NCBI GenBank assembly: GCA_965200255.1
Contig: OZ241371.1
Coordinates: forward strand, 2,187,288 to 2,251,287
Reading direction: 5' to 3'
Length of the DNA: 64,000 nt
From: Longimicrobiales bacterium
Lineage (GTDB): Bacteria > Gemmatimonadota > Gemmatimonadetes > Longimicrobiales > Gaopeijiaceae
In this document: positions 36,858 to 47,810 of the stretch, piece after piece
Layout: every line of letters starts with the position of its first letter
Position numbering within the stretch: position 1 is the stretch's first letter
Notes under the pieces: generated by a model
Databases searched by the model: none
What the model was told of the DNA's origin: nothing
The model's input: only the letters and a program-made list of their open reading frames with translations
Translations under genes and position numbers: made by a program

Positions 36858-37987
36858 GGCGCGCCTCGCCCTCCAAGGCGCGACACATGGGGCGGCCGCG
36901 GGCATTCGTGCTCGCGGCCGTCGCGTTCATCATCGCCGCGGCGGCACTGTTGCCCGGTGCAGCCTGCTCCCCGATGTACGTGATCAAGGCCGGATGGGCC
37001 GAAGCCAAGATCCTGCGTGCCCGTCAGCCCATTTCCGAGGTGATCGCCGCGCCTTCCACCGACGAGGACACCCGCGCGAAGCTCGCGCTGGCGCGCGAGG
37101 CCCGAGAGTTCGCAATGACCGATCTGGGGCTGGACGTCGGCGACAGCTACACGACCTACGCCCAGCTCGAGCGCGACACCCTGGCCATGGTGCTGTCGGC
37201 GGCCTATCGCGACCGCCTCGTATCGCGCACATGGTGGTTCCCGATCGTGGGACATGTGCCCTATCGGGGCTTCTTCGATCTGGAAGACGCCCTCGACGAG
37301 CAGCGCAAGCTGGAAGAGGATGGGTTCGACACTTACCTGCGCCCCACGTCGGCGTTCAGCACGCTGGGCTGGTTTTCGGATCCGCTGGTCTCGACCGTCG
37401 TGCGGTACGACGAGGTCGAGCTCGTCGCCACGATCATCCACGAGCTGTCGCACAACCACCTCTTCGTGCCGGGACAGGTGCGTTTCAACGAGAGCTTCGC
37501 GACATGGGTGGGGAGAACCGGCGCTGCCGAGTTCTTTTGCACGCGGCCCGGCGGCCCGGCGTCGCTGTGGTGCGGAAGGGCGCGGGGGCGATGGCAGGAC
37601 GTGCAGCGCTTCTCGCAGTTCATCGACGGGCTCGTAGACGATCTCGAGACGGTCTACGCGGATTCGACGCTAACCGGCCACGACAAGCTTGCGCGCCGCG
37701 ACGAGGTCTTCGCCCTGCATCGCAGGCGCTTTCGCGAAGAGGTCCAGCCACGGTTCGTGAACCTCACGTTTGCGAGCTTCGACAACCTTCCCCTCAACAA
37801 CGCCACACTCCTCAGCCGCATGCGCTACTACCACCGGCTTCCCGAATTCCACGCCGTGCTCGAGGCGAACGGCGGGTCCCTGCGAGATGCGATCGAGACG
37901 GTGCGACTCGGCGTCCAGGAAACGGACGATCCCTTCAGCGTGCTGCAAGATTCTGCGGGGTCGTTTAGCTTTCGGACTTGGCCGTGA
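36854..37987 (+). CDS. predicted zinc aminopeptidase lipoprotein (PF10023-like, HExxH)
   Basis: IIHELSHNHLFVPGQVRFNESFATWVG. Lipobox LLPGAAC. GTGA overlap with the SPFH stop. An alternative ATG lies at 36887. Confidence 0.7.
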   Translation: MRRASPSKARHMGRPRAFVLAAVAFIIAAAALLPGAACSPMYVIKAGWAEAKILRARQPISEVIAAPSTDEDTRAKLALAREAREFAMTDLGLDVGDSYTTYAQLERDTLAMVLSAAYRDRLVSRTWWFPIVGHVPYRGFFDLEDALDEQRKLEEDGFDTYLRPTSAFSTLGWFSDPLVSTVVRYDEVELVATIIHELSHNHLFVPGQVRFNESFATWVGRTGAAEFFCTRPGGPASLWCGRARGRWQDVQRFSQFIDGLVDDLETVYADSTLTGHDKLARRDEVFALHRRRFREEVQPRFVNLTFASFDNLPLNNATLLSRMRYYHRLPEFHAVLEANGGSLRDAIETVRLGVQETDDPFSVLQDSAGSFSFRTWP

Positions 37988-38032
37988 GTGCGGCCCGATA
38001 AACCGGCGTTCCCTCCCGAAGTCATTCCCTCC

Positions 38033-40534
38033 ATGCCCCCGAAAGCTGACAATTCCTACGATCCCACTGCGGTCGAAAGCCGATGGCAGGCCAAGTGGGA
38101 TCGAGACGGTACCAACACGTTCACCATCGACGAGCTACGGACCGCTGAGCGCCCCTTCTTCAACTTGATGATGTTCCCGTACCCTTCCGCTGAGGGGTTG
38201 CACGTGGGGAACATCTACGCGTTCACCGGCGCCGATGTGTTTGGACGCTTCAAGCGCCTGCAAGGGTACGACGTCTTCGAACCGATGGGTTTCGACGCCT
38301 TCGGAATCCACTCCGAGAACTTCGCGCTGAAGACTGGCGTGCACCCATCGCGGCTGATTCCCGCCAACGTCGCCAACTTCCGGCGTCAGCTGCGGCGGAT
38401 CGGGGGAATGTTCGACTGGGAGCACGCGGTCAACACGACCGATCCGGCCTATTATCGCTGGACCCAGTGGATTTTCCTGCAGCTCTTCAAGGCGGGGCTG
38501 GCGGAGAAGAAGGAAGCTCCGGTGAACTGGTGTCCGTCGTGCATGACCGTGCTCGCCAACGAGCAAGTCATTGTGGGGCAATGCGAACGGTGCAGTACCG
38601 GGGTCGAGCAGCGCTTCATACGCCAATGGTTCCTGAAGATTACCGACTACGCGGATCGACTGCTGGACAACCTGAAGCGCATCGACTGGTCGGATACGAC
38701 GCTCAAGGCGCAGGCCAACTGGATCGGACGGTCGCGGGGCGCGCAGCTTCGCTTTGCGGTGGTGCGGGACAATGGGAGCGCGGTGCGGGACGGACGAGGC
38801 GCACTGGACATCGAGACGTTCACGACCCGTCCGGACACGATCTTCGGGGCCACCTACGTGGTGCTGGCTCCCGAGCATCCGCTGGTCGATGTCGTTACCA
38901 GCGACGAGCAACGGGAGGCCGTGGACGCCTACCGCGCCAAGACGAAGGCGATGGATCTGGTTGCCCGCAAGAAGATCGAGAAACAGAAGACGGGGGTCTT
39001 CACGGGCGGACACTGCATTAATCCGGCGACGGGCGTGCGCGTACCGATCTGGATTGCCGACTATGTGCTGATGGGGTACGGCACCGGCGCGATCATGGCC
39101 GTGCCTGGACACGACGAGCGCGATTTCGACTTTGCCCAGGCGCATGGACTTGCGATTGCCAGGGTGATCGCGGCGCCGGGCGAAGACGCGGACACGCCGC
39201 TTGCGACGGCATACGAGTGGCCGACGGGCACGCTGGTCAATTCGGGCGCGTACGACGGCCTGCCGGTGCGCGAAGCGAAGCGCCGGATCGTCGCGGATCT
39301 TGCTGCCGAGGGGCGCGCTGAAGACAGGATCACCTTCCGGCTGCACGACTGGTGCATCTCGCGGCAGCGATACTGGGGACCGCCAATCCCGATCATACAT
39401 TGCGACGATTGCGGCGCCGTGCCGGTTCCCGAAGCGGACCTGCCGGTAATCCTTCCCGACGTGGACGACTTCCGACCGGACCAGTCGGGGGTGAGTCCGT
39501 TGGCGCGGGTCAAGGAATGGTACGAGGCGCCCTGCCCCGCCTGCGGCCGCGACGCCGCGCGCGAGACCGACGTCTCGGACGTGTTCCTGGACAGCGCCTG
39601 GTATTTTCTGCGCTACCCCTCCACCGATTTCGACGACCGTCCTTTCGACGCCGAGATCACGCGACGCTGGCTGCCCGTCGACATGTACATCGGCGGCAAC
39701 GAGCACGCGGTGCTACACCTGCTCTACTCGCGGTTCGTAATCATGGCCCTGCGCGACATGGGGTGGATCGAGTTCGAGGAACCCTACGACCAGTTTCGCG
39801 CTCACGGCCTGATCATTCGCGAAGGCGCCAAGATGTCGAAGAGCAAGGGCAACGTGATTGTGCCCGATCCGATCATCGAGCGCTACGGGGCCGACACGTT
39901 CCGGCTTTATCTGATGTTTCTGGGACCGTTCATGGAAGGCGGCGACTACCAGGATCGCGGCATCTCGGGCCCGCACGGCTTTCTGCATCGCCTGTGGGAA
40001 TCGGTGGTGCCCGATCGCGGCGACCTTTCCGAAGACCCGCCCGATCCAGCGATCGAACGCGTCGTGCATCGCACGATTCAACGCGTGACCGACCAGCTCG
40101 CGAATCTGCGCTACAACACGGCCATCGCATCCATGATGGAATGCCTGAACGCGGTCCGGGCGGGAGGCCGCAGGCCGGTTCGCGCCGAAGTGGAGCCCCT
40201 GGTGTGCATGATCGCGCCGTTTGCGCCCCACGTCGCCGAGGAGCTGTGGCGCCGCCTCGGACACGACGGCAGCATTTTCGACGGCGCCAACTGGCCGACC
40301 TTCGACCCCGCGAAATGCGTGGTGGAGCGCACCCGCATGGCCGTACAGGTGAACGGGCGCGTGCGCGGCACGGTAGTCATGCCCGTTGGCGCTGGCCGAG
40401 ACGAGGTCGTGGCGCAGGCGCGGGCGGAGCCGAACGTCGCTCGCCACCTTGAGGGCACCGATGTGCGCCGGATCATTCACGTGCCGAATCGGCTCCTGAA
40501 CTTCGTGGTCACAACCCAACAGAAGCGAGGCTGA
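38033..40534 (+). CDS. leuS: leucine--tRNA ligase
   Basis: [14 protein letters not shown] (HIGH-like), an editing domain, and [13 protein letters not shown] at 38033 preferred over the track's GTG at 37988. Confidence 0.95.
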   Translation: MPPKADNSYDPTAVESRWQAKWDRDGTNTFTIDELRTAERPFFNLMMFPYPSAEGLHVGNIYAFTGADVFGRFKRLQGYDVFEPMGFDAFGIHSENFALKTGVHPSRLIPANVANFRRQLRRIGGMFDWEHAVNTTDPAYYRWTQWIFLQLFKAGLAEKKEAPVNWCPSCMTVLANEQVIVGQCERCSTGVEQRFIRQWFLKITDYADRLLDNLKRIDWSDTTLKAQANWIGRSRGAQLRFAVVRDNGSAVRDGRGALDIETFTTRPDTIFGATYVVLAPEHPLVDVVTSDEQREAVDAYRAKTKAMDLVARKKIEKQKTGVFTGGHCINPATGVRVPIWIADYVLMGYGTGAIMAVPGHDERDFDFAQAHGLAIARVIAAPGEDADTPLATAYEWPTGTLVNSGAYDGLPVREAKRRIVADLAAEGRAEDRITFRLHDWCISRQRYWGPPIPIIHCDDCGAVPVPEADLPVILPDVDDFRPDQSGVSPLARVKEWYEAPCPACGRDAARETDVSDVFLDSAWYFLRYPSTDFDDRPFDAEITRRWLPVDMYIGGNEHAVLHLLYSRFVIMALRDMGWIEFEEPYDQFRAHGLIIREGAKMSKSKGNVIVPDPIIERYGADTFRLYLMFLGPFMEGGDYQDRGISGPHGFLHRLWESVVPDRGDLSEDPPDPAIERVVHRTIQRVTDQLANLRYNTAIASMMECLNAVRAGGRRPVRAEVEPLVCMIAPFAPHVAEELWRRLGHDGSIFDGANWPTFDPAKCVVERTRMAVQVNGRVRGTVVMPVGAGRDEVVAQARAEPNVARHLEGTDVRRIIHVPNRLLNFVVTTQQKRG

Positions 40535-40538
40535 CGCC

Positions 40539-42575
40539 ATGCCCCACAGCGTGGGCGGGTCAACGAGTACCGAAAAGCTGGCAATCGACGCAATCAAGGT
40601 TCTGGCCATGGACGCCGTGCAGGCGGCCAACTCCGGGCACCCCGGGACGCCCATGGCCCTCGCGCCGTGCGGCTACGTCCTGTGGACGCGACACTTGAAG
40701 CACAACCCGCGCGATCCGCACTGGTTTGACCGCGACCGCTTCGTCTTGTCGGCGGGTCACGCGTCCATGTTTCTGTACAGCCTGCTGTACCTCGCCGGCT
40801 ACGATCTGTCTCTGGACGATATTCGCCGGTTCCGGCAGTGGAACAGCAAGACGCCGGGCCACCCCGAGTACGGACACACGCCGGGAGTGGAAACGACGAC
40901 CGGTCCTCTGGGCCAGGGCGTGGGCAACACGGTCGGGATGGCGCTCGCGGAGCGGTGGCTGTCCGATCGCTACAATCGCCCCGGTCACGCAATCGTCGAC
41001 CACCATACTTACGCGCTTTGCTCCGACGGCGACCTGATGGAGGGCATCTCGCACGAGGCGGCCGAAATCGCCGGTCACCAGCGGCTCGGCAAGCTGATCT
41101 GGATCTTCGACGACAACCGGATCACGATCGAAGGGTCCACGGATCTCGCCACCGCCACCGACCAGATACAACGTTTTCAAGGCTACGGTTGGCACACGCT
41201 CCGCGTCGAGGACGGAACTGACCTGGATGCAATTGATGGGGCGCTGAGGGCGGCCAAGGCGGAAACGGCTCGTCCTACGCTCATCGTCCTGCGCACCACG
41301 ATTGCCCAGGGGAGTCCCAACATGGCCGGTTCGGCGTCCACGCATGGCGCACCCCTCGGGGCCGATGAAATCGCCGCCACCAAACGCCATATCGGCTACC
41401 CTTCGCTCGAGCCCTTCCACGTGGACCCGGCGGCGCTGGCGCATTGGCGCGCATTCGCCGCCGCCGGCATGGCCGCGCAGGAGGAATGGAACCGTCGCTG
41501 CGACGGGTTCCGCGCCGCATTCCCGGCCCTTTCCGCCGATTTCGAGCGGGTGGCCGCAGGCGACCTTCCCGCGCGCTGGGAAGACGCGCTGCCGGATTTG
41601 GTCAACGCCCCCGCGAACGCCACGAGGAGCCATTCCGGCGCCGTATTGCAAGGCGCGGCTGGCGCGATCCCCACCATGATCGGGGGGTCGGCGGATCTGG
41701 GCGGCTCCAACAAAACCGACATTGCCGGCGGCGGCGACCTTCTGGCCGAACGTCACGGGGGGCGGATCATCCATTTCGGGGTTCGCGAGCACGCGATGGG
41801 CGCGATCATGAACGGGATGGCGCTTCACGGGGGGGTTCAGCCCTTCGGCGGCACCTTTCTGGTGTTCTCCGACTACATGCGCCCGGCAATACGGCTTGCG
41901 GCCCTGATGGGCCTTCCGGTCATCTACGTCTTCACCCATGACAGTATCGGGCTGGGCGAGGACGGACCCACGCATCAGCCCGTCGAGCATCTTGCTGCGC
42001 TCCGCGCCATTCCGGGCCTGTTGGACCTGCGACCGGCCGACGGACCCGAGACGGCGGAAGCGTGGCGCGCGGCGATTGGCAACCGCACGGGACCGTCGTT
42101 CCTGGCGCTGACTCGGCAGAAGGTGCCCTGGACCGACCGGGGGCCACGGGGTCCATCGGCAGAAGGCCTTCGCCAGGGCGGCTATGTGCTGCGCGAGGCG
42201 CGGGCCGGCAAACCCCACGCGATCGTCATCGCTTCGGGGTCCGAAGTGGGTACCGCACTGGACGCCAGGGAACTTTTGGCGGCAGACGGCATAGACATAC
42301 GTGTGGTCAGCTTGCCCAGCTGGCGCCTCTTCGAGGCACAACCCGCGGCCTACCAGGACGAGGTTCTTCCTCCCGGCGTGCCAAAGGTGTCGGTTGAAGC
42401 GGGCTGTACGATGGGGTGGAGCCGGTGGGTCGGGAGTGACGGCGCCTCGATAGGAATCGATCACTTCGGCGCATCGGCTCCGTTTGAAGAGATCTACCGA
42501 CGCTTTGGCGTGACCGCGGAAGCGGTGCGGCAAGCCGTACGCAGCAAGACACGGGAAACGACCATAGCGACATGA
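40539..42575 (+). CDS. tkt: transketolase
   Basis: [61 protein letters not shown]. Confidence 0.95.
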   Translation: MPHSVGGSTSTEKLAIDAIKVLAMDAVQAANSGHPGTPMALAPCGYVLWTRHLKHNPRDPHWFDRDRFVLSAGHASMFLYSLLYLAGYDLSLDDIRRFRQWNSKTPGHPEYGHTPGVETTTGPLGQGVGNTVGMALAERWLSDRYNRPGHAIVDHHTYALCSDGDLMEGISHEAAEIAGHQRLGKLIWIFDDNRITIEGSTDLATATDQIQRFQGYGWHTLRVEDGTDLDAIDGALRAAKAETARPTLIVLRTTIAQGSPNMAGSASTHGAPLGADEIAATKRHIGYPSLEPFHVDPAALAHWRAFAAAGMAAQEEWNRRCDGFRAAFPALSADFERVAAGDLPARWEDALPDLVNAPANATRSHSGAVLQGAAGAIPTMIGGSADLGGSNKTDIAGGGDLLAERHGGRIIHFGVREHAMGAIMNGMALHGGVQPFGGTFLVFSDYMRPAIRLAALMGLPVIYVFTHDSIGLGEDGPTHQPVEHLAALRAIPGLLDLRPADGPETAEAWRAAIGNRTGPSFLALTRQKVPWTDRGPRGPSAEGLRQGGYVLREARAGKPHAIVIASGSEVGTALDARELLAADGIDIRVVSLPSWRLFEAQPAAYQDEVLPPGVPKVSVEAGCTMGWSRWVGSDGASIGIDHFGASAPFEEIYRRFGVTAEAVRQAVRSKTRETTIAT

Positions 42576-44683
42576 ATGCCACGAAGGGGAGCGCCTGTCT
42601 GAGCGCGATTGTACGCGGGGCAATACGGGCGCTGCTTTTCTCGGCCATCGCTTGGATCGGGAGCTTGGCGGCTGTTGGGACCGTGTCCGCCCAGGACACC
42701 ACATCGGTCGTGAGGATACGTGGATTGCGCGTCGAGGCGCCCCGTCCGTCGGCGACGACCGGGGGCACCAGCGCGGTCGAAATCGACACCGACTCGATGA
42801 GCGTGGTGGCCGCCGCAACCGCGGAAGACTTCCTGCGCCGCCTGCCGCTGGTCCAGATGCGCAGCAACTCGCGCGGCGAAGTCCAACCGGACCTTCGCGG
42901 CGCCGACGACCGCCAGATCGCGGTGCTGCTCGACGGGATACCGCTGACCTTGGGATGGGATCACCGGACCGACCTGTCCATCGTCCCCCTGACTGCGGTG
43001 CGCAAGGTAACTCTGCTGCGGGGCCTCTCGTCCGTGCTGCACGGTCCCAACGTTCTCGGAGGCGCCATCGAATTCGACGTGGCTCGGGGGCCGTCCGACC
43101 AAACCGACCCCCGGACCTTTTCGGGCGCCTTCTCCCTGGACCATCAGGGAGGGACGAACATTGCCACCATCGCCGGTGCCGCGTTCACTGGAAATCGCGC
43201 CGACTGGGTCTTGAGAGCGGGAGCCGGGTATCGGGACACGCCCGGCCTGTCGCTGCCGGATGCCGCCCGCTCCGACCCGGAACTGGAGGTGGACCTCCTG
43301 ACAAATGCCGACGGGCTGCGTCTCAACTCCGACCGGCGGTTGTCGGACGGATTCGTTTCCATGCGATATCAACACGCGGACGGCGGCTGGTTCTCGGGCT
43401 TGGTTACCGCAGTCCGGGGGCGTCGCGGCGTTCCCCCCGAAGCGCACGTTGCCGACCCTCGGCTGTGGAGGTACCCGGACCAGCGTCGCGTGGTGGCGGC
43501 CCTATCCGGGGGAACCGGCCAGCAGCAAGGCAACCGCGGGCGGGGCGACGTGGAAGCCGCATTCGGGATCGACCGTTCGTTGGGTGAGATCGAGGAATAC
43601 GCGTCGCCGGCATACCAATCGGTGGTGGGGGGCGAGACCGGGTCGTCAACAACCGTCACGGGGCGACTTCTGGGAGACTATCGCTTCGACGCGGGGCCGG
43701 AGCTGCGAAGCGCGTTCACAATTGCCGATGTGCGGTACAACGAGACCTTCTCTGATCGTCAAACCTTCGATTACGAACAGCGTCTGTGGAGCCTCGGGAC
43801 CGAAGTCGAGTTCGGTAACGGCGACGAGCACGGATCGGGAATGGGCAACCTGAGGTGGAGTCTCGGGGCCTCGCTCGATGGATCCGACACGCCTCTGTCG
43901 GGCGACAAACCGCCCGTGAACACGATATGGGACTGGGGACTGCGGACGGGCGTCACCATGCTCGGTGCGGGAGGAAGCGTGCTTTACCACGCCGGCGTCA
44001 GTCGTCGCACGAGGTTTCCGTCCTTGCGCGAGCTCTACTCGGGAGCGCTGGGTCGCTTCGAGCCCAATCCCGACCTGCGACCGGAAAGCCAAAAGGCCGG
44101 CGAAGTGGGCATAACGGTGAGCGTGGGCGACGCGCGGCTGCAAGTTGCAGGATTTCACCAACGCCTGACCAACGGGATCGTGCGCACCAGGTCGGTAGCG
44201 GACGGGCAGACCAGGTTCAAGCGCGTGAACCGGGATCACATTCGGGCGACGGGCGTGGAATTGCTCGCCGCCGGGACCCGAGGCCGCCTGAGCTACGGGG
44301 GCGATTTGACGCTAAAGCGCGTACGGATCCTGGATCCGAGCATTGCGGGCCGCGACGACCGACACGCCGAGTACGAACCGGCCTTGTCTTCTACCGTGAA
44401 CCTGGGCGTCATGGCCCCCGCAGCGGTCAACGTGAGTGGCTTCCTGCGCTATCGAGGCGTCCAGTACTGTGAGAGCGTCGAGACCGCCGGCATGCATAGA
44501 ATGGACGCGAGCGCCACGCTGGACCTGGAGGCGCGGCGGGGATTCGTGATCGGTACGGGCGCGTCCGAGCGCCGCCTGGTCGGCACCGTGGGCGTGGCCA
44601 ACGTGGCCGATGCGATCGTGCTGGACCAGTGTGGCCTACCTCAGCCGGGGCGGACGCTGCGAATCCAGTTCAACGTTGGGTGA
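42572..44683 (+). CDS. TonB-dependent outer-membrane receptor
   Basis: Signal peptide ending TVSAQD, plug-domain motifs ([32 protein letters not shown]), and a long beta-barrel region. ATGA overlap with the tkt stop. Confidence 0.85.
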   Translation: MNATKGSACLSAIVRGAIRALLFSAIAWIGSLAAVGTVSAQDTTSVVRIRGLRVEAPRPSATTGGTSAVEIDTDSMSVVAAATAEDFLRRLPLVQMRSNSRGEVQPDLRGADDRQIAVLLDGIPLTLGWDHRTDLSIVPLTAVRKVTLLRGLSSVLHGPNVLGGAIEFDVARGPSDQTDPRTFSGAFSLDHQGGTNIATIAGAAFTGNRADWVLRAGAGYRDTPGLSLPDAARSDPELEVDLLTNADGLRLNSDRRLSDGFVSMRYQHADGGWFSGLVTAVRGRRGVPPEAHVADPRLWRYPDQRRVVAALSGGTGQQQGNRGRGDVEAAFGIDRSLGEIEEYASPAYQSVVGGETGSSTTVTGRLLGDYRFDAGPELRSAFTIADVRYNETFSDRQTFDYEQRLWSLGTEVEFGNGDEHGSGMGNLRWSLGASLDGSDTPLSGDKPPVNTIWDWGLRTGVTMLGAGGSVLYHAGVSRRTRFPSLRELYSGALGRFEPNPDLRPESQKAGEVGITVSVGDARLQVAGFHQRLTNGIVRTRSVADGQTRFKRVNRDHIRATGVELLAAGTRGRLSYGGDLTLKRVRILDPSIAGRDDRHAEYEPALSSTVNLGVMAPAAVNVSGFLRYRGVQYCESVETAGMHRMDASATLDLEARRGFVIGTGASERRLVGTVGVANVADAIVLDQCGLPQPGRTLRIQFNVG

Positions 44684-45095
44684 CCCGCCGCCGTCCGCCG
44701 CGCGCAGCGCCATCATGGCGCGGGTCGGGTCCAAGGACACGGCGCCCGAAATGATCGTCAGGCGACTGCTTCACGGCATGGGATACCGCTACCGCCTGCA
44801 CAGACCCGACCTGCCGGGCAAGCCCGACATCTGTTTCCCTTCCCGCCGCAAGGTGATCTTCGTTCACGGCTGCTTCTGGCATCGCCATGAGGGATGTCCA
44901 AGGACCACGACGCCGAAGACGCGCTCCACCTACTGGCAGGACAAGTTCGCCGGCAACATGGTGCGCGACAAGAGAAACGTGAGCGACCTGGGCGAGCTCG
45001 GCTGGGAATCGATGATCGTGTGGGAATGCCAGACGAAGGACCTCGATGCGTTGACGGATCGACTGGTCGCGTTTCTGGACGGGACGGGTAGCTGA
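44676..45095 (+). CDS. vsr: very-short-patch repair endonuclease
   Basis: RSAIMARVGSKDTAPEMIVRRLLHGMGYRYRLH...KVIFVHGCFWHRHEGC...YWQDKFAGN..RD. TTG at 44676 overlaps the receptor stop; an alternative ATG lies at 44715. Confidence 0.85.
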   Translation: MGDPPPSAARSAIMARVGSKDTAPEMIVRRLLHGMGYRYRLHRPDLPGKPDICFPSRRKVIFVHGCFWHRHEGCPRTTTPKTRSTYWQDKFAGNMVRDKRNVSDLGELGWESMIVWECQTKDLDALTDRLVAFLDGTGS

Positions 45096-45124
45096 TCGGG
45101 GGGTATCGTGGCCCCTTCAGCTCT

Positions 45125-45958
45125 TCAAATCACCTCCAGGACCGTCAGGCGCAACCAGCCGACCTTACCATCGGCCAGGACAACCTCGACCCAATCGCCA
45201 GACCGTCGGTCGATCCGCACCTTGGTGCCTTCGTGCAGCGTGAAGACCGTGAGGCCGCCTTCGTCGGACGGCGCACTCAGGACCCGCACCTCGGGCGTGG
45301 TGACGACCGCCTCCTCAGGTTGGCCCAATCCGACTTCCCTGATCAGCAACGTGCCTCCAAGAACGACCGTCCCCACGGCACCGCCAACCGCGCTCCTCGA
45401 CATCGCGGTACGCCATCGCCGGGGCCGACGCAGCACCATGCCAACGACTCCGAGCCCGAGGATAGCGTAACATGCCCCCGCGGCCACACCGAGCCAAGCC
45501 CTTGGAATGAGGGTCATCCACCAGTCAAATGCCGACAGCATCCAGAATCGCGGCAGCGGCTCGATCCGGTCCTGGAGCATCTCGTTGACGAGCACCAGGT
45601 TGGCGCGAGCGTCTTCGTCGCCGGGGTCGAGCCGGATGGCTCGTTCGTAGTTGAGCACGGCCTGGGCCACGTCGCCAAGACGGAAGTGCGCGTTGCCCAG
45701 ATTGTAGTAGAGCGCCGCCGACTCGTAGCCGCTTTCGAGCACCGCCCGGTAGCTGTTGGCAGCTCCGTCGAAATCGCCCTCGCGGTAGAGACGATTGCCT
45801 TCCGCAAAGGCTGATTGTTGCGCTGTTGCGGTCCCAGCCGTCGCGAGCGAGGTGGAAGCTAGCGCGATGGCGACGAGGACTGGGAACATCGCCCACGACG
45901 GCCGTGGCTGCGTATGAGGGAGCCGCGCGTGCGCGGTGGCGTCGGGCCGTAGCATCAT
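45125..45958 (-). CDS. batE: BatE-like TPR + C-terminal SH3 domain membrane protein
   Basis: TPR repeats (AALYYNLGNAHFRLGDVAQAVLNYERAIRLDP), TM segments, and an SH3b-like tail (LHEGTKVRIDRRSGDWVEV). ATGA overlap with batD. Confidence 0.75.
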   Translation of the reverse strand: MMLRPDATAHARLPHTQPRPSWAMFPVLVAIALASTSLATAGTATAQQSAFAEGNRLYREGDFDGAANSYRAVLESGYESAALYYNLGNAHFRLGDVAQAVLNYERAIRLDPGDEDARANLVLVNEMLQDRIEPLPRFWMLSAFDWWMTLIPRAWLGVAAGACYAILGLGVVGMVLRRPRRWRTAMSRSAVGGAVGTVVLGGTLLIREVGLGQPEEAVVTTPEVRVLSAPSDEGGLTVFTLHEGTKVRIDRRSGDWVEVVLADGKVGWLRLTVLEVI

Positions 45959-47808
45959 CGCGAAAGCTCCCGTGCAAGATCGGCCATGATCGCCGCTGCG
46001 CGAGCGAGCACGTCTTCCGGCGGTTCTCGGTCTGCGCCCACGGGGGCAAAGCGCTGCCGATCGCAGTCGTCCAGGCAGGCGAAGAGGCGGTCGAGCGTCT
46101 CCTGGGTTGCGCCTCTGCGTGCAGCGACGCGGCCGGCCTCATTTCTCACCAGTCCCGCTTCGGCAATGTTCAGCTTGTCGGCCAACAATCCCTCCAGCGC
46201 CCCTGCCACCTCGGCGTAGAAGGCACGCGGATCATCGGCGGCGACCCGCCTCGCCCGAGCGAGCCGCTTTTTCGCCATCCGGCCAGCTCGTCGCACTCGG
46301 GCGTACGCCACGTCGCCTGCCAGGCGGTCCCGATGTCGGCGAAGCACCAGGGCGCCTCCCGCGGCGACCAGGGGCAGCAATATGACGACCCAGAACCTGG
46401 ATGTGACGAACAGGGGTTCGTTCATCCGCCTGAAACTGGGCGCGTCGGTTTCGATGAACCGGATTTCATCGCGGAGGGTCTCGACCGCCGTTGGGACGGT
46501 TGCCGCGCCGTCCCCGGACGCTGCGTCCCCGGCGACGCTGACCACGACGGGGTCCGACCTGGCGGTCCCATACAGGCCTGTGCCCGGATCGAAGTACGAT
46601 GCTTCTATGGAGGGGATCGCCAGCTCGCCGGGAGCACGCGGGATCAACACGTACTCGAACGTGCGCGTACCCTGTATGCTGCCACCGCCTTCGGCGATGC
46701 GGTCGCTGGTTTCGGGTGGGAACGCTTCGAACTCGACGGGAAACGCGATTTGGGGCGGGGACAGCGTGCGCAGATTGCCGCTTCCGGCATACTCGACGCT
46801 GAACGTAACGGCTTCGTTCGTTTCCGCGTTCGCGTGACTCGCCGTGGCCGATACCGCGAGCGTGCCAACATGTCCGGCAAAGGACGCGGGGCGGCCTTCG
46901 GCGGGCAGGGGGACGACCTCGATCGTGACCGGCCGCGACGCCACGGCCACCGGAACGCGTCGGTCGAGGAGGCTGGACATGTCGAAAATGTCCGCGAACG
47001 GATCGAAGGTACGATCGCGCATCCGCACCTGCGCCTCGATGGTCAGAGGGTCAAGCGTCTTGGTGCCCGGACTGGTCGGGAAGAGAATCATGCGACGTAC
47101 GGTCGCCACGAGGTACTGGCTGCCGTCGCGCACGACCTGTTCGGTTTGCGGCGAACTTGGCTGCTCCAGCTCTTCCGACCAGAAACCCGTGGCTTGCGGC
47201 AGCGTGGTTATGCTGTAGCTCTGCACCGGTACCCGCGTGAAGATCTGGTACCCGACGGTAATGGGTTCGTTCTCGAACACGCGGGTCGACGACACCCTGG
47301 TCTCGACGAACAAGTCTTCCGGCAAGATGTTGGCGCCCCTATTGCCACCACTTGGGGGCGCCCCCGAGCCTGGCGGCGGTGGAGCGTCGGAAACCACCAG
47401 GGCGACCGGGTCGGTTTCCACGGTGCGATCGCCTACGGTTACGCGGACCGCACCAATCTCGAACGTACCCTCTCTGAGCGCCTGGAAGCGGTATTGGTAG
47501 GTCACCGCCATGGTGGTCCGGCCGTTCACGATCTGGATCGACGTAGACGTGCCCGCGCCCAGAAACGTCGCGAAGTCTTCCATGTCCGGGAGCACGGGAT
47601 CGGAATCAACCTGTTGTGTGCCAGAGACTTCCACGTTCAGTACGAACTGTTGTCCCACCCCCGCCTGAGGGGGGCTCACGAAGGCGCGTGCACTGACATC
47701 CTGCGCGAGACCAAGTCGAGGCAAGGCGAAGACGGCGCACAGCAGCGCGCATGCCGGCATACGGAGAATGAATGCACGCCTCTGGCAGCGCGTGTACGAG
47801 CCGCTCAC
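45955..47808 (-). CDS. batD: BatD-like oxygen-tolerance protein
   Basis: 617 aa: signal peptide, repeated beta-rich domains, a late TM, and a C-terminal helical region. Position and size match BatD in Bat operons. Confidence 0.7.
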   Translation of the reverse strand: MSGSYTRCQRRAFILRMPACALLCAVFALPRLGLAQDVSARAFVSPPQAGVGQQFVLNVEVSGTQQVDSDPVLPDMEDFATFLGAGTSTSIQIVNGRTTMAVTYQYRFQALREGTFEIGAVRVTVGDRTVETDPVALVVSDAPPPPGSGAPPSGGNRGANILPEDLFVETRVSSTRVFENEPITVGYQIFTRVPVQSYSITTLPQATGFWSEELEQPSSPQTEQVVRDGSQYLVATVRRMILFPTSPGTKTLDPLTIEAQVRMRDRTFDPFADIFDMSSLLDRRVPVAVASRPVTIEVVPLPAEGRPASFAGHVGTLAVSATASHANAETNEAVTFSVEYAGSGNLRTLSPPQIAFPVEFEAFPPETSDRIAEGGGSIQGTRTFEYVLIPRAPGELAIPSIEASYFDPGTGLYGTARSDPVVVSVAGDAASGDGAATVPTAVETLRDEIRFIETDAPSFRRMNEPLFVTSRFWVVILLPLVAAGGALVLRRHRDRLAGDVAYARVRRAGRMAKKRLARARRVAADDPRAFYAEVAGALEGLLADKLNIAEAGLVRNEAGRVAARRGATQETLDRLFACLDDCDRQRFAPVGADREPPEDVLARAAAIMADLARELSR

Positions 47809-47810
47809 TC

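Noticed and set aside
40560-42818. Very long antisense or alternative-frame ORFs. Example: 40560..42818 (-). Others: 5413..6810 (-), 6606..7931 (-), 21591..23024 (+), 23136..24167 (+), 24474..26381 (+), 27201..29207 (+), 30022..31554 (-), 38135..39706 (-), 45826..47892 (+), 51524..53734 (+), 54137..56260 (-), 55051..56604 (+).
   Set aside because: Each lies opposite, or out of frame to, a gene with clear family motifs (tkt, MTase, gyrA, CocE, uvrA, aminotransferase, leuS, batD, moxR/DUF58, LVIVD protein). Their translations are Arg/Gly/Pro/His-rich with no motifs. Stop-codon-poor shadows like these are expected at this GC content.
45096-45124. Rho-independent terminators at convergent gene ends: vsr/batE at 45096-45124, DUF402/vkor at 18864-18876, DUF1801/SDR at 33691-33721.
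   Set aside because: Only short imperfect GC stems are present (e.g. GGGG...CCCC), with no following U-tract, and the spacers are 13-31 nt. That is not convincing enough to annotate.
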